Source of the DNA: Candidatus Latescibacterota bacterium
Lineage (GTDB): Bacteria; Latescibacterota; UBA2968; UBA8231
Length of the DNA: 64,000 bases
Assembly (NCBI GenBank): GCA_965221775.1
Contig: CBDCSU010000006.1
Span: 288,001 to 352,000, forward strand
Direction of reading: 5' to 3'
The position numbers and the translations under genes are program-made. The notes beneath the pieces were generated by a model. It had not been told where the DNA came from. It did no database searches and saw only the letters and a list, made by a program, of their open reading frames with translations. Positions 9,227-19,041 of the stretch are shown one piece after another; the first letter of the stretch is position 1; every line of letters begins with the position of its first letter.

Positions 9227-10851
9227 GAGGCGGCGACCTCCTCATCGAGTGCCTGAGAGCGCAGGGCGTGCGCTGCATCTTCGGCATGCCGGGCACCCAG
9301 AACCTGCAGATCTACGACTCCCTGCTGCGCCGCGGCGCCGGCGCCATCGACCACTACCTGGTCCGCCACGAGTACGGCGCCACGGTGATGGCCGACGGCT
9401 ACGCCCGCGCCGGCGGCGACGTGGGCGTCGCCCTCACCGTGCCCGGCCCCGGCGCCAGCAACGCCTCCACCGGGCTGCTGCAGGCCTACACCGACTGCGT
9501 CCCCGTGCTCCTGATCACGGGCCAGCACGACTCGCGGCACTACGGGCGCGATCCCGCCAAGCTGTTCCACGGCCTCGACCAGATGTCCTTCTTCGAGCCC
9601 ATCACCCGCTACCGGGAGATCGCCCGCACCGCCGCCGACATCCCGCGCGTGGTGGAGCAGGCCTTCCGCGTCCTGCGGGCGCCGCGGCCCGGGACGGCGA
9701 TGCTGGAGTTCCCCCAGGACGCGGTCACCGGGCCGGCGGACGGACTGGAGGTCCCGGACCGCGTGCCCTCGCTTTCCGCCGGGACTCCCGACGAGGCGCT
9801 GCTGCGCGAGGCGGCCCGGAGTCTGGGAGCTGCCTCGCGGCCGGTGCTGCTGGCCGGCAACGCCGTGATCACGGGGCGGGCCCGGGAACAACTGCGGGCC
9901 CTGGCCGAGAAGCTCCGGGCGCCGGTGGTGGCGACCCGCCGCGGCAAGGGCGCCCTGCCCGAGGACCACGAGCTGGCCCTGCTCGACATCCGCGGCTACC
10001 TGGCGCGGCAGGCGGTGGAGGCCGCCGACTGCACCCTCGCCGTGGGCTGCCGCTTCACCTCCATCGACACCAGCCAGTGGGAGTGCCGCTTCCCGCGGCC
10101 CCTGATCCAGCTCGATCCCGAGGCCGGTGAGATCGGCCGCGAGTACGACTGCGACATCGGGATCGCCGGGGACCTGCGCCTCAGCCTGCGGAGCCTGTGC
10201 GAACAGGTGCCCGGGGGCGGCGGCGAGTGGATGCCGCTGCTGGAGACCTGGCGCCGGCGGTTCGCGGCGCAGCCGCCGCTGCCGCTGCTGCCCGAGATCC
10301 GCGAGGTCCTGCCCGACGACGGCATCCTCTCCGTGGACGTCCACGGCATCGGCTACTCGGCCTTCGCCGAGTATCCCGTCCGCGACCCCGAGAGCTTCCT
10401 CTACCCCTGCATCGGCGTCTCCCTGGGCCACGCCTTCCCCGCCGCCCTCGGGGCGCGGCTGGCGCGGCCCGACCGGCCCGTGGTCTGCTTCTCCGGGGAC
10501 GGCGGCTTCCTCATGGGCAGCTTCGAGCTGGCCACCGCCGTGCGCTACGGCATCGACGTGACCATCGTCATCGTCAACGACTCGGCCCTGACCGCGATCA
10601 AGGGCTCCCAGCTGCGCGACTGCGAGGGCCGCACCATCGACACGGAGCTGACCAACCCCGACTTCGTGGCCTTCGCCCGCTCCTTCGGGATCCACGCCGA
10701 GAAGGTCTCCGACCTCGGCGGCTTCCGGCCCGCCCTGGAGCGGGCCATGGCCGCCGCCGGACCGTCCCTGGTGGAGGTCGAGATGAGCGGCCGCCAGGAC
10801 GAGATCATGAGCTGGGTCACCTGGCTGCGGGAGGACCCTCTGCGGGAGTGA
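9223..10851 (+). CDS. Thiamine pyrophosphate-dependent enzyme (acetolactate synthase/lyase-like)
   Basis: ATG 9223 overlaps the upstream stop (ATGA). Contains FGMPG, RHEYGA.MADGYAR, PGPGASN, the GDGG...VND TPP motif and NPDF. Confidence 0.9.
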   Translation: MRGGDLLIECLRAQGVRCIFGMPGTQNLQIYDSLLRRGAGAIDHYLVRHEYGATVMADGYARAGGDVGVALTVPGPGASNASTGLLQAYTDCVPVLLITGQHDSRHYGRDPAKLFHGLDQMSFFEPITRYREIARTAADIPRVVEQAFRVLRAPRPGTAMLEFPQDAVTGPADGLEVPDRVPSLSAGTPDEALLREAARSLGAASRPVLLAGNAVITGRAREQLRALAEKLRAPVVATRRGKGALPEDHELALLDIRGYLARQAVEAADCTLAVGCRFTSIDTSQWECRFPRPLIQLDPEAGEIGREYDCDIGIAGDLRLSLRSLCEQVPGGGGEWMPLLETWRRRFAAQPPLPLLPEIREVLPDDGILSVDVHGIGYSAFAEYPVRDPESFLYPCIGVSLGHAFPAALGARLARPDRPVVCFSGDGGFLMGSFELATAVRYGIDVTIVIVNDSALTAIKGSQLRDCEGRTIDTELTNPDFVAFARSFGIHAEKVSDLGGFRPALERAMAAAGPSLVEVEMSGRQDEIMSWVTWLREDPLRE

Positions 10852-11324
10852 GGTCGAGGCGCGGGGCGTAGGCCGCCTCCGGGACGCACCACACCGCCGG
10901 CCACCGCCCGACTCCTCGCTCGATCCCCTCTCCCTGATCCTGCCCTCATCAGCTCCCGCCCGGGCAGGCCCCGGGCGCCGGGCCCTGCCGCCCCCAAGCT
11001 CCGCGGCCGTGGCCGGTCCCTTGAAGGACAGGCGGCCGAGGTGCTGGCAGGCCGTCCTTCAGCACCACCCGCCCTTGGCGGGACCGGCGGCCCCAGGCTT
11101 GGCCCCTGGCACCACGGCCCGCAGGAATCCACCGCCAGGCCCCGCGCCCCTGTCCTCCCCCCTCGCCCCACCGGTCCCGCGAAGGAGCCGCGGCCCAGGC
11201 ACCGGCAGCCGCCCGACTTCCCCGGCTGCAGCCGGACCCCCCGAGACCGTGGCCGAGTTGCACCGCACCGCAGCCCCCGTCGCCCCATCGTTCCTCCGAC
11301 CTCCGACCTCCGACCCCCCCGGAT

Positions 11325-11362
11325 TGTCCAGAATCGGAAAGGCCGCTGTTCGAAAGCGGACA
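11325..11362. promoter_or_regulatory. Two palindromic enhancer (bEBP UAS) sites, TGTCCG-N4-CGGACA-like
   Basis: TGTCCAGAATCGGAAA (11325-11340) and TGTTCGAAAGCGGACA (11347-11362) are 22 bp apart, upstream of a sigma-54 promoter. Confidence 0.65.
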
Positions 11363-11413
11363 CACCCGTGGCCGCCACGGCCCGCAATCGCCCCGCAACA
11401 GCCGCTGTGCCGC

Positions 11414-11429
11414 CTGGCACGGGATTTGT
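11414..11429 (+). promoter_or_regulatory. Sigma-54 (-24/-12) promoter of the ABC export operon
   Basis: CTGGCACGGGATTTGT versus consensus YTGGCACGNNNNTTGC. The operon encodes a sigma-54 activator. Confidence 0.7.
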
Positions 11430-11443
11430 TCAAGGAGCTTCCC

Positions 11444-12721
11444 ATGGACGAGCAGACCTCAAACAACCCCATGGACCGGCCGGTGGACCCGACCTTCCAG
11501 CGGCGCCGGCGCCTCAAGCGCATCGCCGTCTCGGCGGCGGGGCTGGCGGCGGCGGTCTGGCTCTTCCTGTGGCTCCCCGGGCTCATCCGGCCGTCGGTGG
11601 ACGCCGACCGCATCCGCACGGCCACGGTGGAGCGCGGGCCGGTGGAGGAGACGATCACCGCCTCGGGCACGATCGTGCCCGAGTTCGAGCAGATCCTCTT
11701 CAGCCCCATCGACACGCGCCTGCTGCGCATCCTGGAGAAGCCGGGCGCCGTGCTGCGCAAGGGACAGCCCGTGGTCGAGCTGGACCTGAACCCGGCGCGC
11801 CTCGAGGTCGAGAAGCGGGCCGAGGAGCTGGCCCTGAAGCGGAACCGCCGGACCCAGCTGGAGCTGGACGAACGCCAGCGGCTGAGCGACCTGGACACGC
11901 ACTGGCGCCTGAAGAAGCTCGACCTGCAGCGCCTGCAGACCCGGGTCGATCAGTACGTGGAGCTGCAGGAGATCGGCGCCGTCTCCCAGGAGGAGTTCAG
12001 CCAGGTGCAGTTGGAGGCGCAGCGCACCGGGATCGAGCTGCGCCAGATCGAGGAGGACCGCAGCAACCTGCTGGAATCCACCCAGGCCCAGGTGGAGGCG
12101 TTGGAGGTGGAGATGAAGAGCCTGGAGCGCGAGGGCGAGGAGGCCCGCCGGCGTCTGGAGCGGGCCCGCGTCCTGGCCGACCGGGACGGCGTCCTCACCG
12201 CGGTCTCACCCGTCGTGGGCGCCCCCATCCGCCAGGGCGAGGAGATCGCCCGCATCGCCGACCTCAGCTCCTTCCGCGCCGACGTCACCGTCTCCGACCT
12301 CCACGCCCGCCGCCTCGCCACCGGGCTGCCGGTGCGCCTGCGCATCGACGAGGAGACCTTCGTCAGCGGCCGCGTCGCCCGCATCCTGCCCACGGTGGAC
12401 AACAACATCATCACTCTCGAGGTGGAGCTGGAGGACTCGGCACACGCCTTGCTCAGACCCAACCAGCGGGTCGACGCCTACATCGTCACCGCCCGCAAGG
12501 ACCAGGCCCTGCGCCTCAAGCGGGGGCCCTTCATCGCCGGCGGCGCGGGCCTGCACGAGGTCTTCGTCATCCACGGAGGCACGGCGGTGAAGACCGGGAT
12601 CCGCGTCGGCATCGCCAGCTTCGAGCACTACGAAGTGGTGGAAGGACTCCTCGAAGGCGACGAGGTGATCATCTCCAGCATGAAGGACTACCTGCACCTG
12701 GACGAGGTCCAGATCAAGTAA
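11444..12721 (+). CDS. Efflux periplasmic adaptor subunit (HlyD/MacA family)
   Basis: N-terminal TM, ATVERGPVEETITASGTIVP, long coiled coil, LRPNQRVD and GLLEGDEVIIS. Alternative start at ATG 11471 (MDRPVD). Confidence 0.9.
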   Translation: MDEQTSNNPMDRPVDPTFQRRRRLKRIAVSAAGLAAAVWLFLWLPGLIRPSVDADRIRTATVERGPVEETITASGTIVPEFEQILFSPIDTRLLRILEKPGAVLRKGQPVVELDLNPARLEVEKRAEELALKRNRRTQLELDERQRLSDLDTHWRLKKLDLQRLQTRVDQYVELQEIGAVSQEEFSQVQLEAQRTGIELRQIEEDRSNLLESTQAQVEALEVEMKSLEREGEEARRRLERARVLADRDGVLTAVSPVVGAPIRQGEEIARIADLSSFRADVTVSDLHARRLATGLPVRLRIDEETFVSGRVARILPTVDNNIITLEVELEDSAHALLRPNQRVDAYIVTARKDQALRLKRGPFIAGGAGLHEVFVIHGGTAVKTGIRVGIASFEHYEVVEGLLEGDEVIISSMKDYLHLDEVQIK

Positions 12722-12732
12722 AGGAGGCAGCC

Positions 12733-13398
12733 GTGATCCAGCTCGATGGCATCGAGAAGGTGTACCGCACCGACAAGATCGAGACCCTGGCCTTGAGCAA
12801 CATCAACCTCACCGTCGACGCCGGGGAGTTCATCTCGATCATGGGGCCCTCGGGCTCGGGCAAGAGCACCCTGCTCAACGTCATGGGCCTGCTCGACGAA
12901 CCGTCCGCGGGCGACGTGAGCCTCAACGGGCGTCACATCAACTCCTACGCCGACCGCTACCTGGCCCGCATCCGCAACGAGGAGGTGGGCTTCATCTTCC
13001 AGACCTTCCACCTCATCGCCGACCTGAACGTGGTGGACAACGTCGAGATCCCCCTCCTCTACCGCCGCGGCCTGTCGGGCAAGGAGCGGCGGCAGATGGC
13101 CCTGGAGGCGCTGGAGCGGGTCGGCCTCGGCTCGCGGGTGCGCCACTTCCCGTCGCAGCTGTCGGGCGGCCAGCAGCAGCGCGTGGCCGTGGCCCGGGCG
13201 ATCGTCGGCAAGCCGCGGATCCTGCTCGCCGACGAGCCCACGGGCAACCTCGACAGCCGCATGGGCGACGAGATCATGGCCATCCTGCGGCAGCTCAACG
13301 ACGAGGGCGCCACCATCGTCATGGTGACCCACGACCAGCGCCTGGCGGAGACCACCGAACGAACGGTCCGCCTCTTCGACGGCCGCCAGGTCGAGTGA
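12733..13398 (+). CDS. ABC transporter ATP-binding protein (MacB/LolD-type)
   Basis: GTG start after AAGGAGG. Walker A GPSGSGKS, signature [18 protein letters not shown] and VTHD. Confidence 0.95.
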   Translation: MIQLDGIEKVYRTDKIETLALSNINLTVDAGEFISIMGPSGSGKSTLLNVMGLLDEPSAGDVSLNGRHINSYADRYLARIRNEEVGFIFQTFHLIADLNVVDNVEIPLLYRRGLSGKERRQMALEALERVGLGSRVRHFPSQLSGGQQQRVAVARAIVGKPRILLADEPTGNLDSRMGDEIMAILRQLNDEGATIVMVTHDQRLAETTERTVRLFDGRQVE

Positions 13399-13405
13399 GG
13401 ACGGC

Positions 13406-14689
13406 ATGCTGAGGAACTACCTCAAGGTCGCCCTCAAGGTGTTCTGGCGGCACAAGTACTTCACCGTGGTGAACCTCCTGGGGATCTGCTCCACGCTGGT
13501 CGCGGCGATTGTCGCGGCGATGATCCTCGATATGGAGATCGGGGAGGTGACAGGAAACGCTCCGCCGGAGATCCACAACGACCGAACTCTGCATCTCTCG
13601 AGAGTAGTGGTCGGAGATCGCAGCCGGGACTTCTCCCATGGGCGGGGTATATGGCCCATATCGCCTGCCTACGCGTTTCTGGACCGCTATGTGCGGCCCC
13701 TCGAGACCGCGGAGAACGTGACCATCTTCTCTCGTTCAGAGACTCGGGGGTTGCACGGTGGCGCAGAGGAAGCCGGCGTGGAAGTGCGATCGACCGACGG
13801 CGCTTTCTGGGAGGTCTTCAGCTTCGACTTCATCCAGGGCGGTCCCTACACGGAAGCCGAAGTCGACGCCGGCGCTTCCGTCGCCGTCATCAGCGACCGC
13901 TTTGCCAGGCGGTTCTTCGGATCGAGCGAGGCCGTGGGAAAGAGCGTGCCTCTCGACGGGCGGGCTCACCGCGTCGCCGGGGTGGTCTCCCCCGGCCGCA
14001 GCCGGAGAGTGAGCATCCGGACCGACGTATGGGTGCCGGTGACTACGGCGCCAGCCGGGAAGTGGCGTCCCTACCGGCTGAGGGACGGGGGCGGATTCAG
14101 CGCCGCGGTGCTGGCGCCGCGGCCGGAGGACAGGGAGCGCGTACGGGCGGAATTCGCCGCCGTGCTGCCGCGGGTAGAGCCGGCGGAAGCGGATACTCTG
14201 CTGTCCGCCCCGCTCCTCACCGCCTTCGAGGAATGGGTGCTCGCGGAAGAATGGCGGCGACTCGCCGAGGGGCCTTCGGCCATTGCCGGCATCGTGCTGC
14301 GAACCGTACTGATCGGCGCCGGCGTGGTGCTGCTGGTACTGGCGTTTCCCGTTCTGCACCTGGTCAACATCAACATCAGCCGCATCGAGGAGCGCGCCGG
14401 CGAGATCGGAGTCCGCAAGGCCTTCGGCGGTTCGTCGCGGGCCCTCGTGGGGCAGTTCATCGCCGAGAACGTACTGCTCACGCTGGTGGGCGCGTTGCTC
14501 AGCCTGCTCCTCAGCCTGGGCCTGTTGGTACACTCCGCTCCGGGCACCCTCGACATTCTGCTGATGCTGCGCATCTTCGCCTACAGCATCCTGTGCGCCG
14601 TGCTCTTCGGCGCCCTGTCCGGCGCCTATCCGGCCTGGAGAATGGCGCGCCTGCATCCGGTGCAGGCCCTGACCGGGAGGAGCACATGA
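13406..14689 (+). CDS. ABC permease, MacB/FtsX family (pair 1, subunit A)
   Basis: [12 protein letters not shown] start, periplasmic core, [19 protein letters not shown] and [14 protein letters not shown]. Confidence 0.9.
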   Translation: MLRNYLKVALKVFWRHKYFTVVNLLGICSTLVAAIVAAMILDMEIGEVTGNAPPEIHNDRTLHLSRVVVGDRSRDFSHGRGIWPISPAYAFLDRYVRPLETAENVTIFSRSETRGLHGGAEEAGVEVRSTDGAFWEVFSFDFIQGGPYTEAEVDAGASVAVISDRFARRFFGSSEAVGKSVPLDGRAHRVAGVVSPGRSRRVSIRTDVWVPVTTAPAGKWRPYRLRDGGGFSAAVLAPRPEDRERVRAEFAAVLPRVEPAEADTLLSAPLLTAFEEWVLAEEWRRLAEGPSAIAGIVLRTVLIGAGVVLLVLAFPVLHLVNINISRIEERAGEIGVRKAFGGSSRALVGQFIAENVLLTLVGALLSLLLSLGLLVHSAPGTLDILLMLRIFAYSILCAVLFGALSGAYPAWRMARLHPVQALTGRST

Positions 14690-15963
14690 TTCTCCACCTG
14701 TGCCGGCTGGCGTGGAACCGGCGGCGAACCAACCTGTTGCTCGTCGGCGAGCTGACCCTGGTCTTCGTGATCGTCGCCTTCATGGGCGTCGGCTGGGTGT
14801 TGTTCGCCGTCGAGAACCTGGAGCCGCTGGGCTTCGACTACGAGGATGTGTGGTCGGTCAACCTGGCGAGGCACGAATACCTTCGGATACAGGATCCAGG
14901 CGAGGAGCAGGAGTCCGACTTCGGGCGCACCGTCGCCATGGTCCGGCGGGAGATGGAGGCTCTCGGCGCCGTCGAGTCGGTAGCGATTGCCAACCAGTCA
15001 CCATTCGTGGGCCTGGCCGAGTGGAACGGGATTCTCGCGGTCTCCATCTCGAGAGAGGGCTTGGAAACGCTGGGACTGCGGTTGGAGAGCGGGCGCTGGT
15101 TCGAGCCGGAAGACGAGGCGCTCTCGGGTGACCGAAGTCCCGTCATCCTGGACCGCCGGCTCAGCCGTGCGCTATTCGGCGACCAGGACCCGGTGGGCAA
15201 GATCATCGACCCAGATGAGGCGATAGAGAAGCACGGACTGGAGGGATATACGACCACAAACATGCCGCATCTGCCGTTCTTCAAGCTCCTCGTGGTAGGT
15301 GTCGTGGAAGACTGCCTCTATTACGGGAAGTACGGGTCCTCACGGAGCACGTTACCGGGCACGCTCTTTCTCTTCCTTCCCCACACGGGGATCAACACGT
15401 TTGAGTCGTACGGCGGGGTCCATCTCCTCCTGAGAAGCCCTTCGCGGAGGGGAGCGGACTTCGGTGAAGAACTCCGGAACAAGGTGCGCGCCGTCGTGCC
15501 GGCGGACCAGGCCCTGCGCTTCGACGTGCGCTCCCTGGCGGAGATGCATGACCGCAAGCAAGCCGGCCGGATCGAGAGTCTGAAGAACACCGCCCTGATC
15601 AGCAGCCTGCTGATGCTCATGGTGGCCCTGGGGCTGAGCGGCATACTGTGGCAGGCCGTGCGCCGCCGCACCCGGGAGATCGGGGTCCGCCGGGCCGTAG
15701 GGGCCGGCGGCGGCAACGTCTACTCCCTGTTCCTCGGCGAGCTGGCCGTGCTGGCCACGGCAGCCGTCGCCCTGGGCTGTGTGCCCATCCTCCATTTCGA
15801 TCTGCTGAGTCTGGTCCTTCGCAGCTGGATACCGATCCACATCGCCATGGGCGGTCTCGCCGCGGCTGCGCTGGTGCTCCATCTGCTGGTGCTGCTGTGC
15901 GGCCTGTATCCGAGCTGGCTGGCGGCGCGCGTCAAGCCGGCCGAGGCCCTGCACCATGAATGA
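14686..15963 (+). CDS. ABC permease, FtsX-like (pair 1, subunit B)
   Basis: ATG 14686 overlaps the upstream stop. Contains LAWNRRRTN, PLGFDYEDVW, RRTREIGVRRAVGA and GLYPSWLAARVKPAEALHHE. Confidence 0.9.
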   Translation: MILHLCRLAWNRRRTNLLLVGELTLVFVIVAFMGVGWVLFAVENLEPLGFDYEDVWSVNLARHEYLRIQDPGEEQESDFGRTVAMVRREMEALGAVESVAIANQSPFVGLAEWNGILAVSISREGLETLGLRLESGRWFEPEDEALSGDRSPVILDRRLSRALFGDQDPVGKIIDPDEAIEKHGLEGYTTTNMPHLPFFKLLVVGVVEDCLYYGKYGSSRSTLPGTLFLFLPHTGINTFESYGGVHLLLRSPSRRGADFGEELRNKVRAVVPADQALRFDVRSLAEMHDRKQAGRIESLKNTALISSLLMLMVALGLSGILWQAVRRRTREIGVRRAVGAGGGNVYSLFLGELAVLATAAVALGCVPILHFDLLSLVLRSWIPIHIAMGGLAAAALVLHLLVLLCGLYPSWLAARVKPAEALHHE

Positions 15964-15979
15964 AGAAAGGAGCAGTATC

Positions 15980-16474
15980 GTGAAACCGGCTCTGGCGATT
16001 CTTCTGCTTGGTCTTGTGGGTTTCCCCGGGTCCGTCCCCGTGCAAGGGGAAGCGCGGCTGGAACCACCCGGCGAGAGGCGGCACCTCGGATTCGTCCTGG
16101 CCCAGGGTCCGTCCGGAGAGCCGCAGCCCCTCCTGCCGGGGTACACGCGGGACCAGGGTGCCTTCGACGGCGAGATCGCCGCCGAGTTCAAGGGGACCCG
16201 GTGGTGGTGGCTGTCCGGCTACGTGTGCGGCTTCAGCATCGTCGGCCTGCTCTTCGTGGACGACGTCCTCGTTCCGAGGGACGCTTCCATATCGAGGAAG
16301 GAGTACGAGGACATCCGGGGGAAGGGAATCGAGTACGTCCAGGGTTACCGCGAAGCCTATGGGAGGCATGTCCGCAAGAAGAGAACGGCGAGACACAACC
16401 ATGGATCGTTCTGGGGATTCGTCACGGTGCTCGGCGTGTTCTCCGTGAAGACCACACTCGCGCTGATCGACTGA
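15980..16474 (+). CDS. Hypothetical exported/membrane protein inside the permease array
   Basis: AAGGAG SD before GTG 15980, in frame with track ORF 15956. Signal-peptide-like N-terminus, two Gly-rich hydrophobic segments and a GKGIEYVQGYREAY motif. Confidence 0.65.
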   Translation: MKPALAILLLGLVGFPGSVPVQGEARLEPPGERRHLGFVLAQGPSGEPQPLLPGYTRDQGAFDGEIAAEFKGTRWWWLSGYVCGFSIVGLLFVDDVLVPRDASISRKEYEDIRGKGIEYVQGYREAYGRHVRKKRTARHNHGSFWGFVTVLGVFSVKTTLALID

Positions 16475-16511
16475 CCATGTGCCCCGGCAACCCTATCCGC
16501 GCGAGGCGGCC

Positions 16512-17807
16512 ATGCTGAGGAACTACGTCAAGATCGCCCTCAAGGTGTTCTGGCGGCACAAGTTCCTCACCGCCGTCAACCTCTTCGGCATCTGCTTCAC
16601 CCTCGCGGCGCTCATGGTGGCGGCGGCCTTCATCGACCAGGAGGTGGGGCCGGTCCCGCCCGAAGTCCACGCCAACCGCACCCTGCATCTGGGCTGGCTC
16701 TTCGTGAAGTACTCCGACGAAGAGACCTTCAGTTCGACCCGGATACCCAGTTACGCATTCCTCGACCGCTATGCGCGTCGACTGAAGAGCGCGGAAAAGG
16801 TGACCCTGTTCTCGGAGGGGATGTCCAAGGCCGTGCACGGCGGGGCGGAGGAGCGGGGCGTGACCGTGAGACTGACCGATGGGGCCTTCTGGGAGGTCTT
16901 CCGCTTCGACTTCCTCCACGGCCGGCCCTACACGGCGGCGGAGATCGAGTCCGGCGACAGGGTCGCCGTGATCCGTGCCGAGTTCAGCCGCCGCCTCTTC
17001 GGCACCCAAGCCGCCGTGGGCAGAAGCGTCACCATCGACCGGAGGAGCTACCGGGTCGTGGGGGTGGTGGCCGACTACCTCTTCCGCAGGAGGACCTTGG
17101 CCGATGTGTGGGTGCCCGTAACCGCCGCTCCCCCCGAGAGCTGGCGTACCTACAAGCTCGGGGGGGACTTCAAGGCGGCGGTGCTGGCGCGCCGGCCGGG
17201 GGACATGCAGCGCATACGCGCGGAGTGGGCCGCCCTGGTGAGACAGGTGGAGCCGCCAGCCGACGAACGTCTCCCCTTCACCGGACTGTCGGCTCCGCTG
17301 CTCACGACATTGGAGGACTGGGCTCGCGAGAGTGAGGGGAACTGGACCTCGGCCTACGAGACAGCTCGAGGTACGGAAGAGGCGGAAGAGGCGGCCGCCG
17401 CCAAGCTCCGCTGGAGACTGCTTGCGGTGGGCGGCTACATGCTGCTCTTCATGATCCTGCCCGCGCTCCATCTGGTCAATCTCAGCATCGGCCGCATCGA
17501 GGAACGCACCTCCGAGATCGGCGTCCGCAAGTCCTTCGGCGCCTCCACTCACACCTTGGTGGGCCAGTTCGTCGCCGAGAACGTGCTGCTCACCCTGATG
17601 GGCGGGGCCCTCTGCCTGGCATGGTGCTGGGGCCTCGTCTTCATCCTGGGGGCGATCGGCATGCAGATGGATGCCGGGGTGCTGGCTCGCACCTTCCTCT
17701 ACGGCCTCCTGCTGGCCCTGGTCTTCGGGGTGCTCTCCGGGGCCTACCCGGCCTGGAGGATGGCACGCCTGCACCCCGTCCAGGCCCTGACCGGGAGAGA
17801 ATCATGA
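16512..17807 (+). CDS. ABC permease, MacB/FtsX family (pair 2, subunit A)
   Basis: Paralog of 13406..14689: [17 protein letters not shown]...EIGVRKSFG...[17 protein letters not shown]. Confidence 0.9.
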   Translation: MLRNYVKIALKVFWRHKFLTAVNLFGICFTLAALMVAAAFIDQEVGPVPPEVHANRTLHLGWLFVKYSDEETFSSTRIPSYAFLDRYARRLKSAEKVTLFSEGMSKAVHGGAEERGVTVRLTDGAFWEVFRFDFLHGRPYTAAEIESGDRVAVIRAEFSRRLFGTQAAVGRSVTIDRRSYRVVGVVADYLFRRRTLADVWVPVTAAPPESWRTYKLGGDFKAAVLARRPGDMQRIRAEWAALVRQVEPPADERLPFTGLSAPLLTTLEDWARESEGNWTSAYETARGTEEAEEAAAAKLRWRLLAVGGYMLLFMILPALHLVNLSIGRIEERTSEIGVRKSFGASTHTLVGQFVAENVLLTLMGGALCLAWCWGLVFILGAIGMQMDAGVLARTFLYGLLLALVFGVLSGAYPAWRMARLHPVQALTGRES

Positions 17808-19021
17808 TCGCCCACCTCTTCAGACTGGCATGGAACCGGCGGCGGACCCACGCGCTGCTCGTGGCCGAGCTGCTGCTTTCCTTCCTGGTCCTGGCCCCCA
17901 TGATCGCCGGCTGGGTCCTCTTCGCCGTGGAGGAGTCGAAGCCCCTCGGATTCCATTACGAGGACGTCTGGCACGCCAGGTTGAGCGCCCGCGATGGTTC
18001 TCTGGCCGGCGGCGAAGACCGGCGAAATGTCGAACTGGCGATGCAGGAACTGCGGGCCCTCGACCAGGTCGAGGGGGTGGCAGTGACCAGCCAGGCGCCA
18101 CTCCGCTTTCCCGCCCACTGGAGCAGGATCTACGCGACTCGGATCTCGGACGAAGGTTTGGATGTCCTGGGCCTTGGGCTCGTGAGCGGGCGCTGGTTCG
18201 CGCCCGAGGACGAAGCCCTCGACTGGACGCCGGCGGTCATCGACCAGGAGCTGAGCCGGGCCCTGTTCGGCGACGAAGACCCGTTGGGCCAGGCCCTCGG
18301 GGACTCACCGATGATGGATCTGCAGGGTGGGTACAGTCCCTCCGATCCCCACAGTGTCCGCGTCGTGGGGGTCGTGGAGAACTGCTTCTACTACAAGGAA
18401 CACAATACCGACGTCCCGGGCTTCCTCTTCCTGCGTTTCTCCGATGAGTGGCTGGCCGATCCGGGGCAGAGCTGGACCTCCCTCCTGGTGAAGACCTCTG
18501 CAGGGTCGGGACCTGCGGCCGGCGAGAGGATCCGATCACGCATCCAGGCGGTCGTCCCGGCGGACCAGGCCTGGTCCCTCGAGGTGGAGTCCCTGGCCGA
18601 GCGCAACGCGGATGATCGTCTGGACAGGCTGAGCAGCCTCTGGTTCCTGGCCCTCCTCAGCGGCCTGATGATGCTCATGGTGGGCCTCGGCCTGATCGGC
18701 GTCATGTGGCAGAACGTGCGCCGCCGCACCCGGGAGATCGGCATCCGCCGCGCCGTGGGGGCGCCCGCTGGCCGCATCTACGGGCAGTTTCTCGGCGAGC
18801 CGGCGGTGCTGGTCACCGCGGCCATCGTCCTGGGCTGCGTGCCGCTCTTCCAGCTCGGGCTGCTGGAGATGGTGCTGTGGAGCCGGGTGCCCGGCCCGGT
18901 GGCGGCCGCCGGCGCGGGGGCCACGGCCCTCGTGCTCTACCTGGCGGTGCTCGTGTGCGGACTCTATCCGAGCTGGCTGGCGGCGCGCGTCAGGCCGGCC
19001 GAGGCCCTGCACCACGACTGA
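17804..19021 (+). CDS. ABC permease, FtsX-like (pair 2, subunit B)
   Basis: ATGA overlap. Contains LAWNRRRT, PLGFHYEDVW, RRTREIGIRRAVGA and YPSWLAARVRPAEALHHD. Confidence 0.9.
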   Translation: MIAHLFRLAWNRRRTHALLVAELLLSFLVLAPMIAGWVLFAVEESKPLGFHYEDVWHARLSARDGSLAGGEDRRNVELAMQELRALDQVEGVAVTSQAPLRFPAHWSRIYATRISDEGLDVLGLGLVSGRWFAPEDEALDWTPAVIDQELSRALFGDEDPLGQALGDSPMMDLQGGYSPSDPHSVRVVGVVENCFYYKEHNTDVPGFLFLRFSDEWLADPGQSWTSLLVKTSAGSGPAAGERIRSRIQAVVPADQAWSLEVESLAERNADDRLDRLSSLWFLALLSGLMMLMVGLGLIGVMWQNVRRRTREIGIRRAVGAPAGRIYGQFLGEPAVLVTAAIVLGCVPLFQLGLLEMVLWSRVPGPVAAAGAGATALVLYLAVLVCGLYPSWLAARVRPAEALHHD

Positions 19022-19041
19022 ACGAAACGCGGGAGGTCGTC

